This document shows positions 1 to 12,723 of a stretch of DNA of 64,000 nt, one piece after another. The stretch is taken from NCBI GenBank assembly GCA_030770535.1, contig JASVEC010000016.1, forward strand, positions 310,001 through 374,000, read 5' to 3'. The first letter of the stretch is position 1, and every line of letters starts with the position of its first letter. This stretch comes from Batkoa obscura (Eukaryota). Under the pieces are notes generated by a model. That model ran no database searches. It saw nothing but the letters and a program-made list of their open reading frames with translations, and was not told the DNA's origin. A program made the translations under genes and the position numbers.

Positions 1-182
1 TTAGCCTAAAGTGCGAGTACACCCCTTAGAGGGAGTTGCATTATGAGATGTAGATTAAAAGTAAGCCTATGAACCTAAAAATAGCACAATGAAGGCAATG
101 TAATATGAAAAAGATAAAGTAGATTATCCTAACGGCCAAGGCTAAATATTAAAGTATTATTTCTACATTTATGAACACTGTC

Positions 183-312
183 ATAAATACTTATAACAGC
201 CTGGAGATTGAGTGCATAGTTAAGGTGGTTATATAAGTTATAAAACTACAATGCTTATGGTGGCCTGGAGACCAAGTGCACAGTTAGGATATTTACTTAT
301 GTTATAAAAATG
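183..312. repeat. Degenerate two-copy tandem repeat, ~64-bp period
   Basis: GCCTGGAGA..AGTGCA.AGTTA at 199 and 263, each followed by GTTATAAAA. Confidence 0.55.
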
Positions 313-1156
313 TAAAATTATTTTAAAATAATACATATGTCTCCAGATCAATTTACAACTAATCAAAAATGAGCTTGGTTACCAGTATAGGTTAATAAAT
401 TGGAACACAATTTAAGCATTGGTCTGCAGGTTTAATGAGGTGAAAATTTGGTTGTTGAAATAGATATTCGAATAAAGATGAGGTAGTTGAGTTAATGGGT
501 AGTGAGGACAAATACTTGTCAATGAGTTTAAAAAATAAAAATAAGATTATAAGTTTAAGTTACTTGAGAGTATTTTTTATATTAGTTTAGAAAGTATGAC
601 GGATACAATATACGAATCTCAATTTTTTGATTTTTTAAATTTAATTTTGAACCACACTATTATTGAACAAAAATGAATTTCAATTAATGAATAAATGTCT
701 GCAGGTCAGATTGAAAAAGGCGCATAAAACGGAATAACTTTTTTCGTTTAATTGATAACATCAATAATTAACCTTAGGGAAAGGATACCATCAGCTTTTG
801 CCTTAAGCTCTTATAGATATAGTACAATAAGTATATAGCGTTTTTTGTGCTGCTATTATAATATGCTAGTAAAAACTGAATAAGGACATTTAAAAAGCAA
901 TTACACCAAATATATCCTTTAAAAATTGAACTTTTAGGTTAATTACCATTTATATTTAGGGATTAATTAGTGATATCATTCTTTGAAATTTTGGGGTAAA
1001 TAACTACGAACAAATCAATTTTTGAAGTAAATTATATTTGAGCTAATTGATTTGCTTATGACTCAAAACTGGAAATTTATAAAAAGATAGAATAGATGTT
1101 TGTTTATCATAAGAAAGATAAGATTCATCTATAAAAAATCTAAAATCAAATAATAA

Positions 1157-1191
1157 CCAATCAACGTCCAAGCTTAAAAATCTAAGCCAAT
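1157..1191 (+). promoter_or_regulatory. Two CCAAT boxes upstream of aconitase
   Basis: CCAAT at 1157-1161 and 1187-1191, ~200 bp before the ATG. The CCAAT-binding Hap complex regulates fungal TCA genes. Motif match only. Confidence 0.3.
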
Positions 1192-1371
1192 TATAAGTTC
1201 AGGGTTTCATATTGTGCAAATAAAAATCAAGTATGATGATAATTCAATTTTGATGAAAATTTGGGGTTTGACAAGTATTTAAACACCAGATACAATCGGA
1301 TTTCTCTTTATCATTTATAATAATTATAAAAGACTTTTCATATAATTTTATTGTTATTGAGATAGTCAAAA

Positions 1372-3809
1372 ATGCTTGCTAAAAGATGTGCACTTAAGGT
1401 AATTAATCTTAATAAAGTTTTCTTTTTCTTTTTTGTTAACTCTTAGTATTAGTATTTGCCTTCTAGCTATTTAACTAGAAGAGGCTATGCCAACATTGCT
1501 GCTGTCCCTCAAAATGTTCGCATGTCTAATATTGAAACTGAAACTATCAATTATCAACGTATTGAAGATAACTTAGCTATTATTAGAAAAAGGTAATGAA
1601 TTTATTTTTTATTTTTATAACTTTTGTTAAATAGCAACTTAGATTAAACCAACCATTAACTTTAGCTGAGAAAATTGTTTATGGTCATTTAGATGATGCT
1701 AAAAACCAAGAAATTGCCCGTGGTGCCTCTTATCTTAAACTTAGACCTGATCGTGTTGCCTTCCAAGATGCTACTGCTCAAATGGCTTTACTTCAATTTA
1801 TGACTGCTGGTCTTCCAAAAGTAGCTGTCCCATCCACTGTCCATTGTGATCATTTAATCCAAGCACAAATTGGTTCTGAAAAGGATCTTGCCCGTGCTAA
1901 AGATATCAATAAGGAAGTTTATGATTTCTTAGCTTCTACTTGTGCTAAGCATGGACTTGGTTTCTGGAAACCAGGATCTGGTATTATTCATCAAATTGTA
2001 TTAGAAAATTATGCTTTCCCAGGTGGTCTTATGATTGGTACTGATTCCCATACTCCAAATGCTGGTGGTCTTGGTATGGTTGCTATTGGTGTTGGAGGTG
2101 CCGATGGTGTTGATGTATTAGCTGATATTCCATGGGAACTTAAATGTCCTAAAGTCATTGGTGTTAAACTTACTGGTCAATTAAGAGGATGGACTTCACC
2201 AAAGGATATTATTCTTAAAGTAGCTGGTATTCTTACCGTTAAAGGTGGAACTGGTGCTATTGTTGAATATTTCGGTTCAGGTGTTGATTCTATTTCATGT
2301 ACTGGTATGGCTACTATCTGTAATATGGGTGCTGAAATCGGAGCTACTACTTCTCTTTTCCCATTCAATGCTCGTATGGGTGATTATCTCCGTGCCACTA
2401 AACGTGATTATATTGCTAAATCATCTGAACAATTCTCTCATAACTTACGTGCCGATGAAGGTGCTATCTATGATCAAATCATTGAAATCAACCTTGATGA
2501 ATTAGAGCCACATATCAATGGTCCATTCACCCCAGATCTTGCTACTCCTCTCTCTAAATTTAAGGCTGCCGTTGAAGCTAATAACTGGCCAGCTGATCTT
2601 AAAGTAGGTCTTATTGGCTCTTGCACTAATTCTTCTTATGAAGATATGACTCGTTCTGCTTCTATTGTTGAAGAAGCTAAGAGCCATGGCCTTAAATTTA
2701 AATCTAATTACACTGTTACTCCAGGATCTGAACAAGTTCGTGCTACTATTGAGCGTGATGGATTAATTGATACTTTCTCCAATGCTGGTGGTATTGTACT
2801 TGCTAATGCTTGTGGTCCATGTATTGGACAATGGGATCGTCAAGATGTACCAAAAGGTGAAAAGAACTCCATTATTACTTCTTATAATCGTAACTTTACT
2901 GGACGTAATGATGGTAACCCAGCCACTCATGCCTTTGTTGCTAGTCCAGAAATTGTAACAGCTCTTTCTATTGCTGGTGATTTACGTTTCAATCCAGAAA
3001 CTGATACTCTTAAAGGTGCTGATGGTAAAGAATTCAAACTTTCATCTCCTCATGGTCATGAACTTCCACCAAAAGGATTTAATCCAGGAGAAGAAACTTA
3101 TCAAGCTCCACCAGCTGATTCATCTTCAGTACAAGTACAAGTATCCCCATCTTCAGATCGTCTTCAATTACTTACTCCATTTGCTAAATGGGATGGTAAA
3201 AATCCAAAAGACTTACCAATCTTAATTAAAGTTAAGGGTAAATGTACTACTGATCATATTTCTATGGCTGGACCTTGGTTAAAATACCGTGGTCATTTAG
3301 ATAATATTTCTAATAATATGTTGATTGGTGGTATCAATTATGTTAATGGAGAAGCTAATAATATTCAAAATGTATTTACTAAAAAATGGGATCAAGTACC
3401 AAATGTAGCTCGTCAATATAAAGCTGATGGTGTTCAATGGGTAGTTGTTGGTGATGAAAATTATGGCGAAGGTTCCTCTCGAGAACATGCTGCTCTTGAG
3501 GTACGTCACTTAGGCGGTATTGCTGTTATTGTTAAATCATTCGCTCGTATCCATGAAACTAATCTTAAGAAACAAGGTGTATTACCACTTACCTTTGCTG
3601 ATCCAGCTGATTATGATAAATTATCTGCTACTGACAGAATTTCTATTGAAGGTTTAGAATCTTTTACTCCAGGTGTACCATTAAACTTAAAAGTTACTAG
3701 AGAAGATGGTAGTCAATTTGATATCAAAGTCAACCAAACTTTCAATGATAATCAAATTACTTGGTTTAAGGCTGGTTCAGCTCTTAATAAGATGTCCGAA
3801 AGCAATTAG
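1372..3809 (+). CDS. ACO1: Mitochondrial aconitate hydratase (3 exons: 1372-1398, 1453-1592, 1643-3809)
   Basis: Spliced N-terminus [22 protein letters not shown] (transit-peptide-like). Aconitase motifs [67 protein letters not shown]. Confidence 0.97.
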
Positions 3810-4027
3810 AATTATTACTATATAATTAAATTATCTTCTTCTTTATTGTATTTGAACTAACTTTATTAAAAAAAAATAAGAATTTAATTTAATATGTTAA
3901 TTAAGAGTTTCATATAAACTTTAGTCATTTTTTAACAAAAAAATAAAAAGGCTAACTTATTTTTAAATATTATGTTTTTGAATTTTTGTTTATTTTTTAT
4001 ATTTGTCTAAATAATATGTTAGTTTTA

Positions 4028-4797
4028 TCAATGTTTTAATTCAGAACCAAATTTTCTAGATCTTTTAACTTTAACATATCCATTTTGATCTCGAAATGTA
4101 GGTCTTGGTATATTATGCAATTTTTCACTAAAATTTAATAAAATTTAATATATTAAATAAATGGATATATTAAATAAGTAATAAGATAGAACTAACTTAC
4201 TATAACCCACAAGCATTACATAATAATCTTTCCCCTTTAGGACATCGTCGCCAACTTGGGGTTTCAATACATAAACAATTACTACATTGTTTTTTAGGTT
4301 CTAATAATTTGGGTTTATAACTAGAAACATAAGGTAAACTAGAAGTTACAGGTAAATGAATTGTTGGCATTAATTCCAAATGCTCAGTAGTAAGTGATTC
4401 TATTTGAAGAGAAAAGAGAAGAGAATTAGTTAGTTCAACCTTATTTTATTATATATTAATTTATTGAATATTTACCATAACCTTGAGTTAAATTTAAACT
4501 ATGTTGTTGACATTGACTAAAATATTCCATTCTATTATTGTTCTCTTGTTGTTGTTGATTGTTATTGTTTAATGTATCCATTGGATATAATGTATCTAAT
4601 AAATAATTGGGAGTATACAAATGATTATAATATTCTTCTTGTAATAAATAATTATTATTAGTATTATGATGAATATTATAATTTATATCTTGTGAAAAGG
4701 GAGAGTCATAATTGATATAATGAGGATGACGATGGTGATCATCTGATTCGTAGTCTGGCTGAGGATGATGGGTGGTGGAAGAGGTATCTTTATTCAT
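4028..4797 (-). CDS. GATA-type zinc-finger transcription factor, C-X2-C-X18-C-X2-C (exons 4797-4476, 4399-4201, 4127-4028)
   Basis: Exon 2 encodes CSNCLCIETPSWRRCPKGERLLCNACGL. Exon 3 gives the basic tail YEKLHNIPRPTFR..VKVKRSRKF. Splice phases are compatible. Confidence 0.88.
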
Positions 4798-5391
4798 TTG
4801 ATAAATAATAATAAATAGGAGGTGACAGGTGATGTTTATGTTTAATAGGAGTTTAAAATTGTAAAAAAAAACTTAATAAAATTCTGTTATGAAAAGTTGA
4901 TGATTTAAAATATTGATTTGTTTGTAAACTTAATATTCTATTGATATCAAACTATTATTTTACTTTTACTTGTAATTCATATTTTAAATTTATTCTTTAT
5001 TTTATATATTCAATTTGATTAATTTTTAATTTATCAATAAAATCAATTTATTCATTTTATATTAAATAATCATTCTAATATTTAATCAATATTTATTTTT
5101 TAATTTCGCATTTAATCACATTAAATATTGTTTTAATTATTAATCTAAATTAATAAAGTGAAGTAATAATAATAATAAAATAATAAAATAAAATTTATTT
5201 CCCAACTTCTCTTTGAGAATAAAAATAGTACCTTAAACTCTATTATATACTTTCACTTATAATTATTATATTACAAATCATTTTATAGAAAATAATTCAT
5301 AATACAACACTTATAACCCCCATTTGTAAAAATAACTTTCTTTTCTTTTTCTTCATAACAATTAAAATCATATTTCTTTTCCTTATTAATT

Positions 5392-8068
5392 CTATTGATG
5401 ACATTTCTGAGCATGCTTCCACCAATAAATTTCTTCAACATTGACTGGTTTATTTCTTGGTGATTCTGAATTGATCCAATTAAGACATTTATGACACAAT
5501 GCTTCTTTTTGATCAGTACCTTTATTGATTCGATATTCTAATGGAGCTCGGAATTTTTTCCCTGTAATTGAAGAAATACCATGTTGATAGTTAAGATGAT
5601 ACCTAAAATAATATAAAAATTATTATTTAATATTATGTTATTATTTAATTATATCGTTTTACTTACCAATAAGCACTGATTTTAATTTTTAACCAAACTT
5701 CTTTATCATTACAATGAGGACACAACCCTTCTTTAGATTTACCAACACCTCTTACCCATCTTGGCGTGTATCTAATAAAAATAAAAATAAATTAATAAGC
5801 AACTACATAATGTACTCTTATAAAAATATTACTCATCACCAGGGAATCTAGGAGATTGTTGGTATGGCGCGGGTGGTTTATCTTCTGTAGCTTTTGTATC
5901 TAAAATGAAAGAAATTTGAAATTGAAATTTATAAATTAATTTAAACTGAATATTACCTTGTTTATTAGAAATAGCTGGTGATGCTACACTAGGTTCAACT
6001 GAGGAATTCAAGCGTGTATTCTTTTGATTTTGTATATTTAACTAAAACAAGAATCAAAATTAGCTCATTTAAAATATTAAATAGATAAAAACAAACTTAC
6101 ATTGTTAGTATCGTTAGCCCTTTTCTTGGCTGGTTGAGCACCAATATAAGGGGAAGCGGAGTTATGGGATTTAGCTCTTAAATTAGTATTATTACTATCT
6201 GGTTGAGTAATAGAAAGCTGTAATTGTTTTGAATCTTGAATTTGATTATTGTTAGATTTACTTAAATCACTATTATGACAAGGAAGGCACATAAAAATGC
6301 TAGCGCAATCATTTGGACGATTATTTAATGGTAAACAAGGTATATGATACCAACTACCACATACTGAGCAGGCAATAGTACTTACTGAAAAATCAACAAT
6401 ATAAGAACATATGCCACAGATACAGGATCTAGGTAATAATGTATTTTTATCTTCTTTATTCAATTGGTTAATTTGCTGACTAACTTCTAAAAAATAGTCT
6501 AATATCATATCTTGATGTGGATAAAACTCTAAACCATGTCGTGGTCGTCCCATTAATTTTTGGATCATTCTTAATCCTTTAAGGCTACATAAATTTAATA
6601 ATCCATACTTTAACTCAGATACTTCTAATTGTAAATTGCGATTTTCTTGCTCTAAATCTTGCTGTTCTTTTTGTAATTTACTTGCTTTTTGAGCAGACAA
6701 AAATGCTTTTTGGTTTAAATTATCGACTAAAAATAATTGCCTTGAATGTACTTGTTTTGTGGCTTTCATAAACTCACTACGTTCTTTAAAATAAATAGTC
6801 AATTAACTATTATTATTATTAGTTTATTATTAAAATTACCTTGGTTATAAATATTATAAGTCTTTTCAAATTTAGTGATTAAACTAGTTGGATCAATAGA
6901 ATTACCATTTTTTTCTTGTTGAGAAGTTTCAAGCATAAGATTATTAAATTCATTAAAAGAAGTAATAGGGGGTAAAGTAAACCCATTAAATTGAATACTT
7001 TTTCTTCTATCTCTAGTAAAATTCAATGGCCTTTCTCTGGCTTGAACGGATTCTACCAATTGCATATTGCTTTGACATAAAGTTTCATAATAGATATCTT
7101 TTTTACGTGACCAAAGGGTCCATGCGTTCATATTTGGTACTGAATTATGACTATGTTCTTTACAATAAACATAATATGGCTCTTGGCCTGGGCTGAGTTT
7201 AGTATTATCTGTGGATTCAACAAGCAAATCCCAATCTTGAGCACATGTAATATGAAACATTTTATTACAACCTGCTTTATCACATTTCTAACAAATTTAA
7301 AATTAATTTATAATAATAAAATATAGAACTAATGAAGTTTACAACGCAAGCGCCTACAGTAGCTACATTACTATTTTCACAAAGGTCGCATCTTTTTTGA
7401 AAACTTTCTGGTGGTATATCATTAATTGATATAATTTGTAAACCATTACTATCATCCACTTTAACTTGTGGCCACCAAAGCGCACAAACTACATGAACCC
7501 AAGCAGAACCATCTACTAGTCTTTTCAATGCTCCTCTTTTTACTGGACATAATTTGCATGCCTTTTAAGTATAAAATTCGACTATTAATTTGTTATTATT
7601 AAATAGAAATTAACATCAACTTACCGCAGTAAGTGCATCAACACTTGAACAGCGATCACAATACCAAGCTTCATCTGAAGCAGGCGATGTTTTTACTCCA
7701 TAACATTCTGAGTGAATGATTAATTAAATGAATAAATTAAGAAGAATATCACTAGTTACCTTGATGAATACAAACGTCACAACTCGGAGAAGCACAAAAG
7801 ATTAAGTCATTATTAATACCAGGATAACTATCTAAACATATACAACAGTTATCAGGTTGGGATTTTTTCTATACAAATTTTGAATTTTATAATTAGTCTT
7901 TGCTTTTACTATTCTGGCTCTTTAAAGATAGTTTACCCAATCAATTAAAAATTCTTCAAAATGTTTATTATGAGGGTCATAAAAGTTACGATTTGATTGC
8001 ATTGTATCCATGCCCATATAATTATAGTTAGAATTGGTACTCTCTTGAGGGTAGTTATTAAAACTCAT
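5392..8068 (-). CDS. Multi-exon chromatin protein: N-terminal PZP module (PHD + Zn-knuckle/ePHD, AF10/BRPF/Nto1-like), coiled coil, second PHD finger, C-terminal Rua1_C (DUF4451)-like domain
   Basis: CCICLD..DLIFCASPSCDVCIHQECYGV..WYCDRC; CKLCPVKRGALKR..WVHVVCALW; MFHITCAQ..YCKEH; CGIC..CSVCGSWYHIPC..FMCLPC; QSPRFPGDEYTPRWVRGVGKSKEGLCPHC..SAYWYHLNYQHGISSITG..WWKHAQKCH. Splice phases checked by eye and continuous. Confidence 0.8.
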
Positions 8069-9028
8069 TCTCTGGTCAAAATTGTTATAAAAAATAAAGT
8101 CTAAGCTTAAAAAAATGAATGCTTTTTAAGAATTTTTTTAGCTATACTGCTAGTTTTATTCTTTTTTATGCAAATCAAAATATAACAAAACTTATATTTT
8201 TATGCAACCTTTCACTCTATGCCTATCAAATCAGAAACCATTTGGTCCTTTTTTTACTGATATAAGGTAGAAATGACATCATTTTAGTTTTTGTTTGCTT
8301 TAATTGATTTTGTTCCTTATTATTCTTATTGAACATATTTTGGAAAAAAATCATATATTCAAATGACTTTGAAAAAAACCGGTATTCTTGATAACTAGTT
8401 ATTGTATGGTATCACAGGTTTTGTTTCAGCATTGAGTGAAGCTTTTTATTTTTGTTGATATACACCGTTCTGTTTTTAAAAAGCAGATATTTAGTTGATG
8501 ATGGTTATGTAAAATTTCATAGTTCAATCTATTAGTGTGACTATTTAAAATAAGAAGCTTAAAATTTAAGAAATAAGCGGAAATTAAAAATATTTTTTAT
8601 TCATAAAGTAGGGTGAATTCTTCAGTTTTAAAGACCGATAAATATACCAAGATCAACTTCTTGAAAAAAGGCTCACCAATATGTTTTTCTATTCTTTTAG
8701 CTGTATAAATTATATAAAAGTGGTTAGATAAACACTGAATACATACAAAGTGCTTTTATTTATAAAGTAAATATTTTCATCTTCTAATAGACTCTATTTG
8801 TTTATTTATTTAACATTAATCATGTCAAAGGACAAATTATTATTGAATGCTTTTAGTTTACATAGTGGTTTAAAGTAAGCCTCAACTAAAAAATAATTAC
8901 TATAGAAATTTACTATAGTTTTACTGCTTTTTTATTATTTATAATACTTAATATACTTTATATACTTAAATTAAATCTAGATTACTACGATAAAGTCAAA
9001 GGTATTAATGCTGATTTGAATGATATAT

Positions 9029-9123
9029 GGGGATGTTTTCTTGGTTTCATTATTTTCCATTTTTTAAGTTCTATTTGAGCGGAAAGGTTGTTGGCAAAAT
9101 TCTTAAACAAAAAATACATCCCC
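9029..9123 (-). mobile_element. MITE copy 1 (GGGG/CCCC ends, ATAT TSD)
   Basis: ATAT-GGGGATG...ATACATCCCC-ATAT; matches the family consensus in reverse orientation. Confidence 0.9.
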
Positions 9124-9589
9124 ATATTATAATTTCTTTGTTATTTGTCATTGATTTCACATAGTACATTGATAGAAAAATTTGTACAAAGTACTTAAAC
9201 AATTAAGCCTATAAATGACTATTATAAATATCGTTTAAGTATAATTATAAATCAACTAATTTTACAAACGAGCAAATATTGTTTATTAAATTTATGTGTC
9301 TTATTTATTTTATTACTATTTGAATCAAAATAATTAAATATAAGTATTTTAATATAAGGCTAAAATTATAAGAATGTTTAAAAACAGTCCTTTTTGTAGT
9401 AAAAATTAGAAAAGCTTAAACGACATAGAAAGTGGACTATTTTGTATATATCTATAGTGTATTTTATCAGTTTCTAAAATTATCAAACAAAATTTAAGGC
9501 TCCTAAATATTCAGAGCGATTTAATATTCCTTTTAATGTTTTGACAAATGATTAGTAAACTTTCGATATAAAGATTTAGAAAATTTAGT

Positions 9590-10290
9590 TTCAAGCTAGA
9601 AATTTAGGGTGAAAAATAAGTAGTTGCTACCAATAAAACCAAAGATAGCTTTAACAGAGTTACCAAGAGCTCTAACAGAACCACTGAAGAAGTCATAGTG
9701 ATCGGCAGTACTAACAGGTTTATCCATCTTCTTTAGTTTGAAATAGCAATGATACTAGTACCATCTGGAGCAGGTGATAAACAAGTAATCAAACTACATT
9801 ATTAGTTACCTTAGTTTATACAGTGTGAAGTTCACCAAAGTTACTTCCCTAGCAACTATGATGAAGTGGGACAATAAAAAGTTTACCAAAGATAGCAGCA
9901 CCACAAATAGAGGTAAAAATTCCTTTGGACACTTAATATTGAGACTAAAATAGTCATTACTATGAGTGTAACTGCCACCAGCGATAATAAAAACCATAAC
10001 TGGGTACGCTCATGAACAGCAATTTGTTTTTAAATTGGAATAATTTTCGTGGTTTTATCCTTAAATTCTAAAAGGAAAAAACTAATAATTCGACACTTTG
10101 TAATATAAAAAGAGAAATGACAAGTTTGCTTAATAGGTTAACCTTACCACTTTTACAAAATGATTGAATTTAATAAATAAGATTTATTTTATTATTATTA
10201 TCTTCCACAGCCACGCCACAGTGATCGTAGGCACGACCATAATTAAATCAATCACAGGAGCTATAAGTATCACCTACAGTAATGTTAGTC
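9590..10290 (-). pseudogene. Possible decayed coding remnant, unidentified
   Basis: GC-richer than its surroundings, with codon-like stretches on the minus strand broken by stops and frameshifts. No family recognised. Confidence 0.25.
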
Positions 10291-10539
10291 ATTTTTATAA
10301 TGTTCGTTTGATATAAGGTTTAAAAAAATGAGTTTTGAGTTCAAAGTGAGCTTAAACTTAAATAACATTAACAAAAGGTTTTGAAAACGCTTTATTGAAA
10401 TAAGTTAAAAGTATTTAGTTTTTGATTAACAAAAAGCTATATACACAAATAGATATGAATATAATGTTACTTGTAGTAAATATTGAGTTAAATAAATAGC
10501 TTAGGACTAAATTATTACAATTAAATTCAAATTATTATT

Positions 10540-10638
10540 GGGAGTGTTTTTTTTGACTTCATTGCTTTTTCCATTTTTTAAGCACTATTTAAGCAGAAAA
10601 TTTGTTAGTAAAATTCTTAAACACAAAAATACATCCCC
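10540..10638 (-). mobile_element. MITE copy 2
   Basis: GGGAGTG...ATACATCCCC-ATAT; left TSD mutated. Confidence 0.85.
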
Positions 10639-10827
10639 ATATATCAAAGTATGATTTATTATAAACTACGTTCTTAGTCATAATAGATAAGTGTATTTTG
10701 ATCAAATTGAAATTTAAAAAGTATAAAAAGATAAACCGAATCCTTTCTTTTTTAGACTTTACTCCATAATGAGTTTGAAGTTTGAGTATCTATCCGAAAT
10801 TTCACTTGAGCAGATTTTTAAATATAT

Positions 10828-10926
10828 GGGAGTGTTTTTTTTGGCTTCATTACTTTTTCCATCTTTTAAGCATCATTTGAGTGGAAAAATTATTAGTAAA
10901 ATTCTTAAATACAAAAATACATCCCC
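10828..10926 (-). mobile_element. MITE copy 3
   Basis: ATAT-GGGAGTG...ATACATCCCC-ATAT, followed directly by GGGGAT (possible stub of an abutting copy). Confidence 0.9.
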
Positions 10927-10999
10927 ATATGGGGATCCATTTGTTATTAAATCTATGTTTTTAAATAAGTATTGATTTGAAGTTGTAGTCAAAGTTATC

Positions 11000-12154
11000 A
11001 AATATAGCTTTACCTATTTAGCTTATAGTATTAGTAACTATGATAAATATTTTAACTATTCAAGGTATTTTTAAGAGAAAAAGGGCTATTAATGAAACAT
11101 GTAAGTATAAATGATTTTGCAATTGAATGTAACATCTATAAACTCTAACTAATGGTATTTTCTTAGTGATACTAAAACATTAAAGTTGAAATTACTAGAG
11201 TTAAGGGAATTAATTATATCATTATCTGGATATATATATTCATTATCATTATTTAATAATTATTTGAATTAGCTTGAAGTATTTCAACTTAACAGAAATA
11301 GCCTGATTATTGAAGTCAATATCAAAAAATTAAACCCAGATAAATTGAGATCACCTAAGCTAAATCCAAATGATAACTACTTACTAAATCTTCATGAGTT
11401 AAATATTATTAAAACAAGGTTTAAAAAACACAAGTGTTGCAGCTAAAGACTGGGGGATATATCAACTACATAGGAATTAACTTGGAAATAGATTTCATTT
11501 CTAAGTCAGAGTTAAAAGTTATAAGTGTACATGGCTTTGATTTTAACATTAAATGTTTTGGTGACTTAAAATATTAAAAAAAGTGGTGTTTTTAGATAGC
11601 TTTGGGGAATTTTTTGATTCTAAAAATAAACGTACTAATATAGAGTCTATAAGAATATGTAAAAATACTATTTTGAGTTTTTCTAACTCATTGCATTTAG
11701 TTGATTATGATTTTTCAAGACTGTCTAATCTAAAACAGATTTCTGTACTTAATTTAACAAATGAATTGTTGAGTTGGTATTATTCTTATCAAATATTCAG
11801 GCTAATTTGTATTTATATTTTAAAGATATAAATCTTTATGATAGAATATGTTGTTGATATCCTAGGTATAAAAATGATCCTTTCATTAAAAACAGAGTGT
11901 AACTAGATGTACACTTGTAAAGCAAATTGAAATTAAATATTTTACAAATAGATTTGAAAATCTCCTTTTTTTTTTCTTTTTTTTCAAACCTCAAGATGCT
12001 TAAAATCGGAACTTTTATATTAAAATATATTGATATAATAGGTAAATATAAACTTACCACTCCATTATTGTTTGTGACTCTTCCACCTAAAGAAAATCTA
12101 ACTTATTACGATGAGGTTGAAAAAACTATAATGTTAAATTGGACAAAACTATAA
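11000..12154 (+). pseudogene. Possible decayed Leu-rich gene remnant
   Basis: Several short Leu/Ile/Lys-rich plus-strand frames (e.g. 11583-11831, 11927-12154) separated by stops. Identity not established. Confidence 0.25.
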
Positions 12155-12723
12155 AATCAAAAAACAATTTGTTACAGCTATTGTGATAAACTATCATAAA
12201 GTTTTATTTTAATTTCATTATCTAATTTTAACCTATTTATCGTATATATTTAATATATTAGTGGACATAAACAAAATTAAATGTTTAAATCAAATATAAA
12301 ACAATAATTTAATACGCATGTAATATGACCCTTCACTATTAAATTATAAATTTAGGAAGAGAACTAGGTGTCTGTAGAAATTAGTTTTCGTATCATTCTT
12401 GAATTTAAATTTATAAGAACATTAAGACATTTAGCATATGGGGCTGTCCTAATTGGTTTCAGAATCTACTTAGAAATTAATCCAAATTTAAAATTTTAAG
12501 TTTGTGTTCAATATAACGGTTAAATCTAAAAAGCCTAAAATTAAATGTCTCTATTTAAAACTTATTTTAATTGTTTCCTTTTCTTAAATAGCTAATTTTC
12601 CTAACTATATATTTTATGTTAGTTCTGTTAGATATTTAACAGATATATAATATATAACTATATGATTATATAATTATATAAATACAGTTATTTGACTTTA
12701 TTTTTTGTTGAAATAAAAATAAA

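Noticed and set aside
2177..3509. Alternative-frame and antisense ORFs inside aconitase, and equivalents in the CAP, NUP42, GH16 and PH genes
   Set aside because: Shadows produced by the codon bias of the real genes.
10769..10975. 68-aa ORF, and 35195-35413
   Set aside because: These read through MITE sequence and have no protein features.
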